64,000 nt of DNA, from positions 9,300-73,299 of the IMG/VR virus record IMGVR_UViG_3300017971_000275; one strand, written 5' to 3'. A model generated the notes under the pieces. That model ran no database searches. It worked only from the letters and a program-made list of their open reading frames with translations, and was not told the origin of the DNA. Below, one piece after another: positions 1 through 10,485 of the stretch (position 1 is the stretch's first letter; each line of letters opens with the position of its first letter). Source of the stretch: a virus. The translations under genes and the position numbers were made by a program.

Positions 1-1
1 G

Positions 2-334
2 GACAGACAAAAAGCCATAAAACGCTTAGCGCAGCTCAGAGAGCTCGTTGAACATCCAGCAACGGGCGAGGATGAGCGTGATACAGCACTCCGGCGAATT
101 CAAGAGCTGAAGAAACTACACAAGCTTGGTAGCTATGAGCTAGGAGAGGATTGCTCTTTCATCAGAAGGCGCAAGCCACGAGAGCTACGTAGAGATCGAA
201 CTGTTAAGTTTCGGCTGACTGTAGGCGAAAGCAAACGACTAGATGAATTGGCGTCTAGGCATAACATGAGTGTGTCAGAATACATACGCAGTAGGATTTT
301 CGGACCTACCAACACGGAACTGATGGAAGGATAG
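2..334 (+). CDS. Partial gene (5' end outside window); C-terminal ribbon-helix-helix DNA-binding domain (MobC/NikA-like)
   Basis: Frame 2 is open from the window edge to TAG at 332-334 (not in the ORF track); C-terminus RDRTVKFRLTVGESKRLDELASRHNMSVSEYIRSRIF fits the RHH pattern. Confidence 0.6.
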   Translation, partial: DRQKAIKRLAQLRELVEHPATGEDERDTALRRIQELKKLHKLGSYELGEDCSFIRRRKPRELRRDRTVKFRLTVGESKRLDELASRHNMSVSEYIRSRIFGPTNTELMEG

Positions 335-402
335 AAATGGGGCATCGCAGGGCCAGCCAATCCTCCCTCTTTACGCAGACAGGTGAACCACAGGAGATCA
401 AG

Positions 403-1569
403 ATGTCGAGTGACTTACCGCCGCCCCCTTCGCAGGTGTGGCTTGTTTCAAGGCTTGCGAAAGCAACGCTTGAGGGACGCATCCGTGTCATCGCCGCTTC
501 CAGCATCACACCAGATGAGCTGGAGGCTATAGATGGGATGGAGTATGCGCTGCGTGAGGTAGAGGGAACCCCTTCCACATCCTCCACACCGAAAGAGTCC
601 CAGCCGGCCTTTAGGGCGCCCACAGAGGAAGATCTTCTGCCACTCAAGGAGATCCTCTTCCGTATGCCTGAGGCGCAGGACGTACCTGGTGTAGGCATCG
701 TGAACCGTACGGTACAGCTCATCCGACGTCTGAAAGAACGGGCAGACCAGGACAGTGTAACGGAGAAGAACCTGCACGAAGCCATCGAGCGTAGCGAGCA
801 GGAGAACGTTAAGTTGCGCACAGAAAATGCTGACCTGCGGAAGAAGCTCGATGGGATTACTACCAACGAGGCGCCGCAAGACGGTGACGGCGGTGTCCTC
901 TCAAACGAGGAGGCACAGCATGTGTGCGCACTGTGCCGTTGTGAGGCACCTCCTTATAGAGTAGATCGTGTGCCTAACAATGCTGTGGCGTGTTCAAACC
1001 ACGATTGCTCTCTTAGCCACATCGCTATCTCCATGGATGGCTGGATCGAGCTTCAATCTACATTATCTGAAACTTTCAGTCGCTTCGAGAAGCTGTTGGA
1101 TGAGCGTTTCATGGGAGAAGACAGGAAACAGAAGGAGGTCATCGAGCTAAAAGGAGAGCTAACAGATACGCAGAAGAGGCTGACTATTTGGAAGGAAGCT
1201 GCTACTGGACAAGTAGCCAGCGATGATCTTGCTAAGGTGGTTAGCGAGCTCTCCAGGCTTAGCAACAAAGTCGACTCCTTCGGGGAGCAGCTGCAGGTGG
1301 TGGCGCACTTCTCCACACAAGCGTCAGAGGGGGCTCCAGAGCTCACCATTCGGGAGCGGCTCAACTTGCGCTTACGTGCGGTGAGCGAGATCGACTACAG
1401 CGAGCATTCCTCTGAGCACGCCGCTTTCCTCCAGACGCAGAATGCCATGCGGATGCAGGAGCTGGAGATGCTCGTTGAGCTTGCTGAGTATTTCGAGGGA
1501 GGTGGAGATTCGCCAGAGTTGCAGAATATCCGACACCAAATGGAAAAGCTCCTCTTGCAGCCTTTTTGA
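403..1569 (+). CDS. Hypothetical coiled-coil protein with a small Zn-binding (CxxC...CxxxxC) segment
   Basis: Long ORF (track 337..1569); AGGAG RBS before ATG 403. Confidence 0.7.
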   Translation: MSSDLPPPPSQVWLVSRLAKATLEGRIRVIAASSITPDELEAIDGMEYALREVEGTPSTSSTPKESQPAFRAPTEEDLLPLKEILFRMPEAQDVPGVGIVNRTVQLIRRLKERADQDSVTEKNLHEAIERSEQENVKLRTENADLRKKLDGITTNEAPQDGDGGVLSNEEAQHVCALCRCEAPPYRVDRVPNNAVACSNHDCSLSHIAISMDGWIELQSTLSETFSRFEKLLDERFMGEDRKQKEVIELKGELTDTQKRLTIWKEAATGQVASDDLAKVVSELSRLSNKVDSFGEQLQVVAHFSTQASEGAPELTIRERLNLRLRAVSEIDYSEHSSEHAAFLQTQNAMRMQELEMLVELAEYFEGGGDSPELQNIRHQMEKLLLQPF

Positions 1570-1578
1570 CTCCCATCT

Positions 1579-1587
1579 TGTAAAATA
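1579..1587 (+). promoter_or_regulatory. TGTAAAATA motif, candidate phage-specific promoter
   Basis: Same motif recurs upstream of genes or tRNAs at 46019, 54371, 56811 and 59763 (- strand). Confidence 0.45.
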
Positions 1588-1620
1588 ATGCAAAGGCCAA
1601 AACGTTGGTCATGGTGAAGT

Positions 1621-1950
1621 ATGTCCAGAAAAGCGAAGCCAAAGAAACCACTTAAGAAGAGTAAAACTTCGTCGGTGCAGATGGAGCGCACCAAGGCACA
1701 GCTGGCGGCTGTTTCCTCCGGCCTTGTGGACATGAATGTCGCATACCAAATCCTCGCTCGGGAGTTGGGCAACAACCTCGATCTGCTTCTAGGACATGCG
1801 GCCAATTTCGAAGAGTTCCGCACGCTGACCCTGGACTTCATGAACCTAATGAAGACACAAATAGCGGATATGCTCGATCGGGTAAATGCGTTGGAGGAGC
1901 GAGTAGGCGTAACGGAAAACACTGATCCATCAGTAGCATCGGATGAATGA
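1621..1950 (+). CDS. Hypothetical protein
   Basis: ORF in co-directional operon; stop overlaps next start (ATGA). Confidence 0.65.
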   Translation: MSRKAKPKKPLKKSKTSSVQMERTKAQLAAVSSGLVDMNVAYQILARELGNNLDLLLGHAANFEEFRTLTLDFMNLMKTQIADMLDRVNALEERVGVTENTDPSVASDE

Positions 1951-2186
1951 GGCTGATCTCCATCATTGTGATGTCGATCCTCGGAGGACTTGTCCTAGGA
2001 ATGTCCTTGTTCATCTATGCCGCGCACAGGCTTAGGATTAGTCCCTGGTTCTATCCCCCTCGATGGTTTTTCCTGGCGCTGGTCTTTCTTGTGGTGGGTG
2101 TGGCTTTGGAGATATGGCTAGCATGCCGGGCACGTCGAATCCGTAAAGATGAGGATACAGGAGATGACAGACGAGCAGCAACCTGA
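1947..2186 (+). CDS. Small membrane protein (2 TM helices)
   Basis: Two hydrophobic stretches; ATGA-coupled to upstream gene. Confidence 0.6.
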   Translation: MRLISIIVMSILGGLVLGMSLFIYAAHRLRISPWFYPPRWFFLALVFLVVGVALEIWLACRARRIRKDEDTGDDRRAAT

Positions 2187-2868
2187 CAGCGATCAACAAG
2201 AGGCTCTCTTGGGTGAGCTCTCTTTGGGCGCGCTAAGCTTTTATTTCCCCAACTGGAAAGAGGCCCCAGTAACCGCGCTCTATCTTCTTATGGAAGAATC
2301 TTTCGATGAGGCGTTGGCGTGGGCTTACAAGTGCTACAACGAGCGTGAAATCCATTTATGGGAACGGCAAGTAGAGCGCAATAAAAAGCTGATGGCTGCC
2401 ATGGCACGTGGTGCTCAGGAGCAAGAAGAGCAAACATCAACTATATATGAGGAGATGGGAAAATCCATTTATCTCCTGACTGGGATCGCTCTTGGTATAG
2501 GAGCACTTGTACGCGAAGTTCAGAAGCTACCTGATAAGGAAATCGTTAGTGCGGTGGAGAACTCCATTTCAGAGGCGGACCTAGCGGCCGAGATGGGCCC
2601 ACATGCACCAGATTGGGCCGACCTTTCGTTTACGTGGGGGCTTATTACTGTCCGCACATATATCCGTGGACTAGAGGAACTTCTTCTGACTTGGGAGGGT
2701 GGCTGTTGCTTTAGTGTGGACGATGAGCTCGTACACGAGATTGTGGTAAGGTGCATGTTGATCAGCAACTTACTGATGTATATTCAACTTAATGTAGTGT
2801 TGGCGGAAAACCCTGAAATGGAAAAAGAGTTGCAGCATTTAGTGGACTCTGCATCTGGAGAATCCTAG
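2149..2868 (+). CDS. Hypothetical acidic protein
   Basis: 239-aa ORF in operon. Confidence 0.65.
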   Translation: MRIQEMTDEQQPDSDQQEALLGELSLGALSFYFPNWKEAPVTALYLLMEESFDEALAWAYKCYNEREIHLWERQVERNKKLMAAMARGAQEQEEQTSTIYEEMGKSIYLLTGIALGIGALVREVQKLPDKEIVSAVENSISEADLAAEMGPHAPDWADLSFTWGLITVRTYIRGLEELLLTWEGGCCFSVDDELVHEIVVRCMLISNLLMYIQLNVVLAENPEMEKELQHLVDSASGES

Positions 2869-2887
2869 TTCTTCTATAGAAGAAACA

Positions 2888-3145
2888 ATGTCAAAAGAAC
2901 AGGAAAGTCAGATGGGCAAGAAAAATTTGTCTCAAGAAGCAGCGTCCTTACCTTCTACAGTTGGGCAGCTCGTCGAGCGGAACGTTGAGGAAGTGCTGGC
3001 CCAGTTTCAGAAAAACCCAAACACCATTTTGGTTTCGGTCCAAATCGAAGACGAACAAGAAGCACACCTGCGTAGCGGCCTAAATAAACGGTCGCGGCGA
3101 TTGATACCCATTACTGTGCTAGCTAAGATGTTGACGGACCTTTGA
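2888..3145 (+). CDS. Hypothetical protein
   Basis: ORF tiles the operon. Confidence 0.55.
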   Translation: MSKEQESQMGKKNLSQEAASLPSTVGQLVERNVEEVLAQFQKNPNTILVSVQIEDEQEAHLRSGLNKRSRRLIPITVLAKMLTDL

Positions 3146-3157
3146 ACAAGATAGCGA

Positions 3158-3451
3158 ATGCGCTTTCCCACTAAGATCCGTGCTGTCTACATACTGGCCG
3201 CGCTCACCTGTGGATCGGTTAACGGGATTATTGCGTACCAAGAAAGGCACCCTGCTGAAAGTGGGGAGCCTCTTCAAATGAGGCCGGAGGAGCCTCCTGT
3301 TTACACCGTAAAGGGGACCGAGAAGAAAACGGATTTTTTGACGTACCTACGCAAGAACTTTAAAAAGATAAGGCGTAAGTACAACACGTTCATCACGAAG
3401 CTTGAATTGTATCAGCAGCTGCGCAAGCTAGAGGAAACCCAAAATGAGTAA
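3158..3451 (+). CDS. Hypothetical protein with N-terminal signal/TM segment
   Basis: Hydrophobic N-terminus; tiles the operon. Confidence 0.55.
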   Translation: MRFPTKIRAVYILAALTCGSVNGIIAYQERHPAESGEPLQMRPEEPPVYTVKGTEKKTDFLTYLRKNFKKIRRKYNTFITKLELYQQLRKLEETQNE

Positions 3452-3803
3452 AATACCCCAAGCTGCCAATTCCCTTGGACAGGATTACATGCGCCGAGTT
3501 GCGGAAGACTGGCCAAAGCTTCCTCACGCCCAGGAAATTATCGAGCACTTGCCTGAGGAAGTGGACCTCATGCTGCGTAAACAATCAGATGAGTTTCTTC
3601 GTGGGTTTGCGAATGCTATTACCTTAACACACGACTTGGGCATCAAAGCTCTTCTCCACGAGATGATTGCTCGAACCGGGGGTGTCGCCGCAGACCCACG
3701 TGACGTGCTGCTTACTAAAGTAGGGAGCATTGTAGAAGGATGCTGCTACCTTGCCTGCAAAGAGTTTATGGGAAGGAAGGATCAAGAAAAGGGGCAGTCA
3801 TGA
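3444..3803 (+). CDS. Hypothetical protein (probable paralogue of the next gene)
   Basis: Overlapping start/stop with neighbours; shared motifs with 3800..4261. Confidence 0.65.
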   Translation: MSKIPQAANSLGQDYMRRVAEDWPKLPHAQEIIEHLPEEVDLMLRKQSDEFLRGFANAITLTHDLGIKALLHEMIARTGGVAADPRDVLLTKVGSIVEGCCYLACKEFMGRKDQEKGQS

Positions 3804-4261
3804 ACTACAGCCACATATTTGATAGGCATCCACTAGATTCAGCGGAAGAGGAGGAAGAGGATGCCTTACTGGAACCATTGGACATTACATACGCTCAAGC
3901 TATAGTGGCCAACGCGAAAGAGCTTGAGCGGGTGCAGCTAAGCTTGGAGCTTCTGCCCAAACCATTGCTCAATATGTTGGACGAGGAGACAGACGCAGTT
4001 CTTTATGGAGTTGCCACCGCGGTGGAAGCTCTTCACGAGCTGGCGGGTAATGCCGTTCGAATAGAAGCTAGCAACGTCATTGCCGACGAAGAACTGGCGA
4101 AGAATATGCCGGCGCAGATCATGGCTAGAGAAAGCGGCCAATTTGTGGCTTTGATGGAAGCACTTGGGTACTACGCCTGTAATATCCTCGTGGAGAGGCA
4201 CAAAGCAGATTTACTAGCTAAGGAGTTGGCATCAGATGACGAGTTCTCAGAAATCGTTTGA
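3800..4261 (+). CDS. Hypothetical protein
   Basis: ATGA overlap at 3800 (track ORF 3740..4261). Confidence 0.65.
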   Translation: MNYSHIFDRHPLDSAEEEEEDALLEPLDITYAQAIVANAKELERVQLSLELLPKPLLNMLDEETDAVLYGVATAVEALHELAGNAVRIEASNVIADEELAKNMPAQIMARESGQFVALMEALGYYACNILVERHKADLLAKELASDDEFSEIV

Positions 4262-4829
4262 TTTGGAAGCGCGCTTCATTAAAAGATACTCTCCGGCCAA
4301 ATTCACGGCACTCCTTAGTGTATCAGTTCCCCTCCAAAGAATGGTCACGGCTGCCCTACGTAAAAACGTTCAACAACTTCTCGAAGAGGTATCCGCAAAA
4401 GAGGGCTCGGTGGAGGCAACCATCTCACTCCACACAAAAGCTATTGAACGGTTTTTATTAACCGGTCCCACTGATAGAGCGTTGCATCGTGCTTTATATC
4501 AGCAAAGCCAGTTCTTTGGCCGAGAATGGTATGCCCTCACGTACAAGGAAGAAGATGGTAGGAGCCGCTTTAAACTTGCACAAGCAGAAGGAGCTGCTCG
4601 GGCCGTGCGTCTGGTGAGCAATAAAACTCTTACGCCTATCGACGAGTATGTACTATTGCATATGATGCCGTACATTCTCTTGCGCTGGCGTGAGGAATCT
4701 GCACAAAACGAGGTGTCTGGTATTATGGAGGCACTCGGCGCAATAGTGTCCAGCAAGGTGGCAGGGATCGAGAAAACTATGCAAACAGATGAGCTAGAGA
4801 AGCTACAGGAAACGGTCTTCGACTCATGA
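4236..4829 (+). CDS. Hypothetical protein
   Basis: 197-aa ORF overlapping its neighbours. Confidence 0.6.
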   Translation: MTSSQKSFDLEARFIKRYSPAKFTALLSVSVPLQRMVTAALRKNVQQLLEEVSAKEGSVEATISLHTKAIERFLLTGPTDRALHRALYQQSQFFGREWYALTYKEEDGRSRFKLAQAEGAARAVRLVSNKTLTPIDEYVLLHMMPYILLRWREESAQNEVSGIMEALGAIVSSKVAGIEKTMQTDELEKLQETVFDS

Positions 4830-5485
4830 CAAAATCAGATGATTCCGCCAGCAAGATTATTCGGCGTGACTGGGAGAACCGCCTGGCCTTCTTGAATGGT
4901 GAGCTTCCAGAAGAAGATTCAGAGGAATACGATGACCTCGAAGAAGCCGCCCAGGATGCGGTAACGAGACTGCGGATGGGTGGAGCTCGTATCCTCGATG
5001 CTGGCGGCCGTCCCGCGCGAAGGCAGCGTAAGAAAAAAGCCAAGAAACCCAAGAATGATTTAGACCCCAGCAACTCCTTCGCTAAACGATCAGCCACCGC
5101 ACGGGCAAATAGGTACCTGGAAAAAGAACTAAGTGCAGCTAAGAGGCGGATTGCTATTCGATTGAGCAATGACGCTAGTCGAGTGATGAGGAGGCGCAAA
5201 AGCGAAGTTGCACCTGATGACCTTGCGTTGGTAGAAGCGCTTCTGTGCAAAAGCACTCTGCTCATGCTGGAAGCTGGATTCAAAAAAGACGCAGCATCAC
5301 AGAGACTGCTCATTGCTAGCTGGTTGAATGATTACGCAGAACCAGGTCAACTGCCCCGGGCGCTCCGTTTAGTAGAAAGTGCACAGGAGATACTTGGTGC
5401 ACAAGAACGAATCAAAGATCTGAAGCGTGACATAAGGCTTCGCATTAGTGTGGAGCGTGAGAAGAGCTCAGAAAAGGACGTCTAG
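4826..5485 (+). CDS. Hypothetical basic protein
   Basis: 219-aa ORF, ATGA-coupled. Confidence 0.65.
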   Translation: MTKSDDSASKIIRRDWENRLAFLNGELPEEDSEEYDDLEEAAQDAVTRLRMGGARILDAGGRPARRQRKKKAKKPKNDLDPSNSFAKRSATARANRYLEKELSAAKRRIAIRLSNDASRVMRRRKSEVAPDDLALVEALLCKSTLLMLEAGFKKDAASQRLLIASWLNDYAEPGQLPRALRLVESAQEILGAQERIKDLKRDIRLRISVEREKSSEKDV

Positions 5486-5534
5486 TTTTACGCTGTCCCG
5501 GGAATTGTAAAAAATAGGTAGGAGGAAATCCTTT

Positions 5535-5975
5535 ATGCAAAGACACCGTGGAATTGATCATCGTACCATGTCTCCTAACTCCTCTCCTAAGAAAAGAGGA
5601 GCTGGATCCCCTATTAAACGGGGGGAGTCACGTCTACCAAAAATGGATTTGAGCGCACTCAACCTAAAAAAATGGAAAGCGATAATCACTGAATCCACTA
5701 AGGAATCGGTGTTGACCGCGACGCGTGAGCGTGTGCTGCCTGTGGTAGAGATATCCAATCAGCTGATGGCCCACACAAATGTACAGGTGGCAGCCATCAC
5801 TGCTATGATGCGCGCCGATAATCCACCAGACAGTGTTGGGGAGCTTACAAAAAGACTCGGACCTGTTATCGCGCTCAAGGAAGTCCTTGACATCCACATC
5901 TCTCAACAGTGTGAGAACATCCTGGACGAGCTGGAGCAGAGCATAGAACCCGGTCAAAAGGAAGAAGATGCTTGA
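5535..5975 (+). CDS. Hypothetical protein
   Basis: Strong GGAGG RBS. Confidence 0.65.
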   Translation: MQRHRGIDHRTMSPNSSPKKRGAGSPIKRGESRLPKMDLSALNLKKWKAIITESTKESVLTATRERVLPVVEISNQLMAHTNVQVAAITAMMRADNPPDSVGELTKRLGPVIALKEVLDIHISQQCENILDELEQSIEPGQKEEDA

Positions 5976-6603
5976 TAGGGGCTACTTAATAGCCTTGGAA
6001 GGCATCGACGGCTCTGGTACTACTACCCAAGTAAGTCGTGTAGGAAGGAGGCTATCTCAGGAAGGCTACCGCGTCCTTGCTACCGCAGAGCCATCTACTT
6101 ACCCAATAGGTAGGTTATTACGGGAGTACTTGGGGGAGGAGCATGCGCTCCCAGGATCGGAGCTAACTCCCATAATGATGTCTCTGCTTTTCACTGCGGA
6201 TCGAGTGGAACACTACGCACACGAGCTTCTGCCTGCCATGCGCGCGAACAAAATCGTTTTGTGTGACAGGTACATGTTATCCACATCCGCATACCAAACG
6301 AATAACCTGGACCGCTATCAATGGATTTGCGAGCTCAGCAGATATGTGCAGGAACCAGACCTCTCCATTTTGCTACAGATCGATCCGCGTGTGGCGGCTG
6401 AACGGCTGCAATACAGAAAAAGACAGAAGGAATTCTACGAAGAATTCCACATACAACAATCAGTGGCGATGAATTATGAACGTCTGCTGAATTTATTACC
6501 AGAGAAAAGCATGGTTGCGGTGAACGCGGATCGAGACGAAGCGCTTATTACCGACGACGTCTGTGCTATAATTAAGAAATTGGTGAATGGTCAACATGTT
6601 TAA
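5968..6603 (+). CDS. tmk: Thymidylate kinase (dTMP kinase)
   Basis: P-loop IALEGIDGSGTTTQ, EPS, LLFTADR, CDRY..S..AYQ and PDL motifs; the P-loop Lys is replaced by Thr. Confidence 0.93.
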   Translation: MLDRGYLIALEGIDGSGTTTQVSRVGRRLSQEGYRVLATAEPSTYPIGRLLREYLGEEHALPGSELTPIMMSLLFTADRVEHYAHELLPAMRANKIVLCDRYMLSTSAYQTNNLDRYQWICELSRYVQEPDLSILLQIDPRVAAERLQYRKRQKEFYEEFHIQQSVAMNYERLLNLLPEKSMVAVNADRDEALITDDVCAIIKKLVNGQHV

Positions 6604-7237
6604 GAAACTACTCAGATTACTGTCTGCGGCGGAGGAAATCCTCTTTGGAGAGGAAGAGGAGAACAACCGATCAGAAGGCAAGGAACCAGAAAGCGCAGGC
6701 GCCGCGCCTAAGCAAGACAATGTTTTAATGCATCCGCGGTATTGGGTTGTATCCAATTACGACAGAGTAGATTTTCAGAAAAACCCGACCATGAAAACCA
6801 TGGCGCAACGCGGTCTCAAAAATGGAGAGATCGCCAACATCGATGAAAAGATATATAAGCTATCAGTGAGCGCCCTTTTCGATACTTTGGTAAAGCACTT
6901 CAAACAGGAGCTGCCACGGGACCACGGAAAATGGACCATTCAAATAGAAGACAATCACATCCTCATTAATGTGCAGCTGGAGCGTATGGACGCTTGGACA
7001 GATATGACTAGAGCTTGGTCTACAGCCAAAGAAAACGTGGGGATTCAGGGTGTGATAATGCCAGATTCACAGGAGTCGTGGGATCGTGTTGAGCTGCAAG
7101 CCAACATAAAGATACCTATTGCAAACATTCAACTAAACGGAGAGTCCCCACTCATCTGGAATTTATTGCAAAGCAACAGAGAAAGACCTATAGTGTGGGA
7201 CGGGGCCTTGTGGATACCCAAACTGAAATCCGAGTAA
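6587..7237 (+). CDS. Hypothetical protein
   Basis: 216-aa ORF in operon. Confidence 0.65.
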   Translation: MVNMFKKLLRLLSAAEEILFGEEEENNRSEGKEPESAGAAPKQDNVLMHPRYWVVSNYDRVDFQKNPTMKTMAQRGLKNGEIANIDEKIYKLSVSALFDTLVKHFKQELPRDHGKWTIQIEDNHILINVQLERMDAWTDMTRAWSTAKENVGIQGVIMPDSQESWDRVELQANIKIPIANIQLNGESPLIWNLLQSNRERPIVWDGALWIPKLKSE

Positions 7238-7256
7238 TTTCTCGCGAGGAGTTACT

Positions 7257-8609
7257 TTGAGGAGCTGCAATTTGATTAAGGCATCTTTCGAACGCATTCG
7301 CGAAAACGCGGAGTGCGACCCCCAACGTGCGTTCTACGCAGAAATCGCCGTTCAGTGCATAGACGCTTTTGACGGTGCCTGCCAAGCGAGCAATTGGGAC
7401 GTAGGAGTAGAGAAGCTTCTAGCCATGGCGACCGATCCTCCCAGCGGACTACCAGAAGCCGAGGAGGAAGGCTACGCTATGTTTGTGCACCAAACCATGA
7501 AAATAGGCGACTGCCATGGGATGGCGCACGAAGATCCTATAGGAGCTAATGCGGTCATTGGGGGTGCCCTCGGGCTGTACAGAAAACTGATTGTGGAGCG
7601 CAGACGCCAGGAGCTCCTGCCACACGCGCTTGATCTTATGTTGCTGCAAGGCGTAGCGTATATGGTAGCGGGCGTCCGCGACATCGCACGCATGCAGTTT
7701 TTGTCCATCATCGACCTGACTGCCTCAGAAGCCAGCGCACAAGATAGGCCAACAGACATGAGCCTGCCTGCTGACGTGGTGAACTCTCTGCAAGATGAGG
7801 TTGTGCTACGCGCGGCCCCGTCCGCATTTATGCTGGCGGAGATCTTCAGGGAGGAGGACGATAATGAACGCGCTGAGTCTTCTATGGAGCTAGCGCACAT
7901 GTTCTTCGCCGCAGCTTTGGCAAAAGGAGATGAAGGCTTCATAGGCAGCAAGGTGGACTTGATTACCGCAAAGCTAGCCCAGTCGGAGCTGCTTACGCAA
8001 AAAGACGGCTACTGGACTGGGGCAGATGCTCTAGACGACGTCATAGCACTGGTCGAGGCAGACCTAGACGAGAACGATCCATACCCAGCCTACTGCTTTC
8101 TGATTTCTGTGGTGATGCAACGGAGAGCACAGCTATTCGCCATGGATGGAACGTGGGACCCAGCAACGTATTTCTACGAAAGGGCATGTCGTTACGCAGT
8201 TGACGCCATTAGGGACAATCCCACCAACACGCATTACCTGGATCACTATACGGATCTGCTGAACGAACTTGGGATTTTTTACGGCGTGCGCGAAAATCCC
8301 ATTAAAGCGCAAGGTGTATTTCTGACCGCGATAGAGAAGAAGCGCGAGCTCGTGGAGAGGTCCAAAAAGTATGAGATGGGCCTCGCAACCTGCATCAATA
8401 ATTTGAGCACACTGATGCGAACCTTTGGAAAACCAGAAGTCGCCCTTCCTTATCTGGAGGAAGCGGCTTCCATGCTGGATGCCTCAGAGGAAGTAGAAAC
8501 GGAGGGCATCAGAACGTTCAAAGCGGCGGTAACCAAAGACCTTGAGCACCTGCGTGCGCAAGTAGCGCGGAAGAACAAACGCGTTTCGAGAAGCAGCCAG
8601 TCAAATTAA
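7257..8609 (+). CDS. TPR-like alpha-helical repeat protein
   Basis: Repeats such as LLNELGIFYGVRENPIKAQGVFLTAI and LATCINNLSTLMRTFGKPEVALPYLEEA. Confidence 0.65.
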   Translation: MRSCNLIKASFERIRENAECDPQRAFYAEIAVQCIDAFDGACQASNWDVGVEKLLAMATDPPSGLPEAEEEGYAMFVHQTMKIGDCHGMAHEDPIGANAVIGGALGLYRKLIVERRRQELLPHALDLMLLQGVAYMVAGVRDIARMQFLSIIDLTASEASAQDRPTDMSLPADVVNSLQDEVVLRAAPSAFMLAEIFREEDDNERAESSMELAHMFFAAALAKGDEGFIGSKVDLITAKLAQSELLTQKDGYWTGADALDDVIALVEADLDENDPYPAYCFLISVVMQRRAQLFAMDGTWDPATYFYERACRYAVDAIRDNPTNTHYLDHYTDLLNELGIFYGVRENPIKAQGVFLTAIEKKRELVERSKKYEMGLATCINNLSTLMRTFGKPEVALPYLEEAASMLDASEEVETEGIRTFKAAVTKDLEHLRAQVARKNKRVSRSSQSN

Positions 8610-8624
8610 AAGTCAGTCTCGATA

Positions 8625-8653
8625 TTGACAACGCAGCTTGGCCTGCTTAACCT
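8625..8653 (+). promoter_or_regulatory. Sigma70-type promoter
   Basis: TTGACA-17 nt-TAACCT, followed by GGAGG RBS of 8672. Confidence 0.6.
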
Positions 8654-8671
8654 TGAAGCAGGAGGTTTGCT

Positions 8672-9193
8672 ATGTGCAAACAAGCCAAAAAAGTTGCGGT
8701 AGGTCGATGCCGAGTCTGCGGGCTCCGCAAAGAACTCAGCCCCTACAGCGAATCTATCTGCGCGGACTGCCAAAGATGCCCCGACTGTGGGTCAGGGGAG
8801 CTCAAAGCTTTCTCTTACATTTGTGTGGTGGAGAGCCGTCGCAAGTTTGGAGTGCGCTGCAGCGACTGCCGCTCCGAGTGGCTGTCAGCAGAAGATCTCG
8901 ACAAAAAGGTTGCTACACAAGCACGTAGGGGGCCGGCGACCATCTGCAAGATCTGTGGCGGGGATGCCACCAAAAGAGATGATGACGAGTGGCAAGCATT
9001 CAATCACGTGAACCCACACCTGTGCAAAAGCTGTACGATATGCCCTGTCTGCGGAGGGGCGTCCTTCGGCGAAAACTTCGACAACGGAAATATCGAGTGT
9101 GTGGTTTGCGGAGAGGAATTCGCAGACTCACAGAACCTTGAACGCAGGCTTCTGATCAAGAAACGTCGGCTGGATCGTTTTTCCCGGCAGTAG
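8672..9193 (+). CDS. Multi-CxxC zinc-finger protein
   Basis: Eight CxxC motifs; GGAGG RBS. Confidence 0.75.
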   Translation: MCKQAKKVAVGRCRVCGLRKELSPYSESICADCQRCPDCGSGELKAFSYICVVESRRKFGVRCSDCRSEWLSAEDLDKKVATQARRGPATICKICGGDATKRDDDEWQAFNHVNPHLCKSCTICPVCGGASFGENFDNGNIECVVCGEEFADSQNLERRLLIKKRRLDRFSRQ

Positions 9194-10217
9194 GTAAATC
9201 AGCTAGCTCTTGCATAGTCTCCACGATGTCTTCTGGTTTTGCCACCCCAGTGACCCCAGTCTCCGCATGCGCCACGGCATCCTGCTCAAAGTCAAATCCA
9301 AGCAACCGAAGCTTCTCGATGATCTCTCTGCGTTCACCAGGACTGACCGAGGCTAGCTCCGCTATAGAAAACGTTGGAGACTCGTGTGCCGTGCTGACGT
9401 TGCTGTGAGCGGCTAGCAGCTTTTGGATCACAACCCGGTCCTGCCGCGTGAGATGTAGCCCCTCCACTACATAATCGTTGAACGCTTCGTAGGTAACCGG
9501 ACACCAAGCCTTCACTATCTCTGCCATCACTTGTGCGTACTTCCTGATCTCCAGCTGCGCTCGCTCCGAATTCCTCAAGCTCAGAAAGTTGAGCAGGTTG
9601 CGTAGGTCTATCTTCCAGTACCACTGTGTGTAAGTGCTGAGTGGGAGATTAATGCGGCCCACCTCTCGCGCTAGACCTGCATTTATGTAGCTCTCGTAGC
9701 TCTGAAATACGTCGAGCGCTTCTGTCTTCATGGCTGCAAGCACACGCCCCATCTCCCCAGGAGACAGCGTCTCTGAGCTTCTACCCTGCTGGTTGGTTGT
9801 GCTCTGCAGATTCAAGTCCTGCTCCGCGGGTAGATAGAACTCATGCTCCATAATAGAATAGCGACCGCTCATTTCGTTGACAGATGCAGTACGGTGCCGG
9901 ATGAAATGCCGGGCTACGAAAATAGGTAGCTTGACATGAAATTTGATCTCGCACATCTCCAACGGAGACAGGTGTTGGTGCCTCACAAGGTAGCGAACCA
10001 AGTTTGCATCTGACTGCGCTTTTTTCGTCCCGGCTCCGTACGACACCCGAGCTGCTTGAACGATGGCTTCGTCTCCGCCCATGTAATCGACAACACGAAC
10101 GAAGCCGCGGTCGAGCACGGAAAACTGCAATCCCAGAACTTCATCGAGCTCGGCGCTTCGGAATTTATCTAGCCGCTGCCCCGTTGGGTTCAGTTTGTCC
10201 AAGGTACTAGGAGCCAT
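9156..10217 (-). CDS. thyX: Flavin-dependent thymidylate synthase
   Basis: AARVSY, H.SPLE, ThyX signature RHRTASVNEMSGRY, AQLEIR. Confidence 0.97.
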   Translation of the reverse strand: MAPSTLDKLNPTGQRLDKFRSAELDEVLGLQFSVLDRGFVRVVDYMGGDEAIVQAARVSYGAGTKKAQSDANLVRYLVRHQHLSPLEMCEIKFHVKLPIFVARHFIRHRTASVNEMSGRYSIMEHEFYLPAEQDLNLQSTTNQQGRSSETLSPGEMGRVLAAMKTEALDVFQSYESYINAGLAREVGRINLPLSTYTQWYWKIDLRNLLNFLSLRNSERAQLEIRKYAQVMAEIVKAWCPVTYEAFNDYVVEGLHLTRQDRVVIQKLLAAHSNVSTAHESPTFSIAELASVSPGERREIIEKLRLLGFDFEQDAVAHAETGVTGVAKPEDIVETMQELADLPTAGKNDPADVS

Positions 10218-10485
10218 CTACAACCTCCTGTTTTCTTCTTGGTAGCACCCACCTGCCCACGGAAGCAGTGCCATCCTCATGAAAACTGATTTTGCGTTTA
10301 CGCTCGCACCTGACGCATTGCATACGTGTACGGCTGTCAGTGAACTTGAATATGGAGTGGTCGCAGGCCGCTTTCCGCTGGCTGCGCTTCCTACGGGTCT
10401 TTGGCTTCGTGGGCGATTCGTTCTCCGTGCTGCGTGTAGCCGGGGCAGGCGTAGCTTTCTTACTTGGATTTCTTCTTGTCGGCAT
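10207..10485 (-). CDS. Small basic Zn-binding protein (CxH...CxxC)
   Basis: Tiles the operon; similar to 53717..54007. Confidence 0.6.
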   Translation of the reverse strand: MPTRRNPSKKATPAPATRSTENESPTKPKTRRKRSQRKAACDHSIFKFTDSRTRMQCVRCERKRKISFHEDGTASVGRWVLPRRKQEVVDGS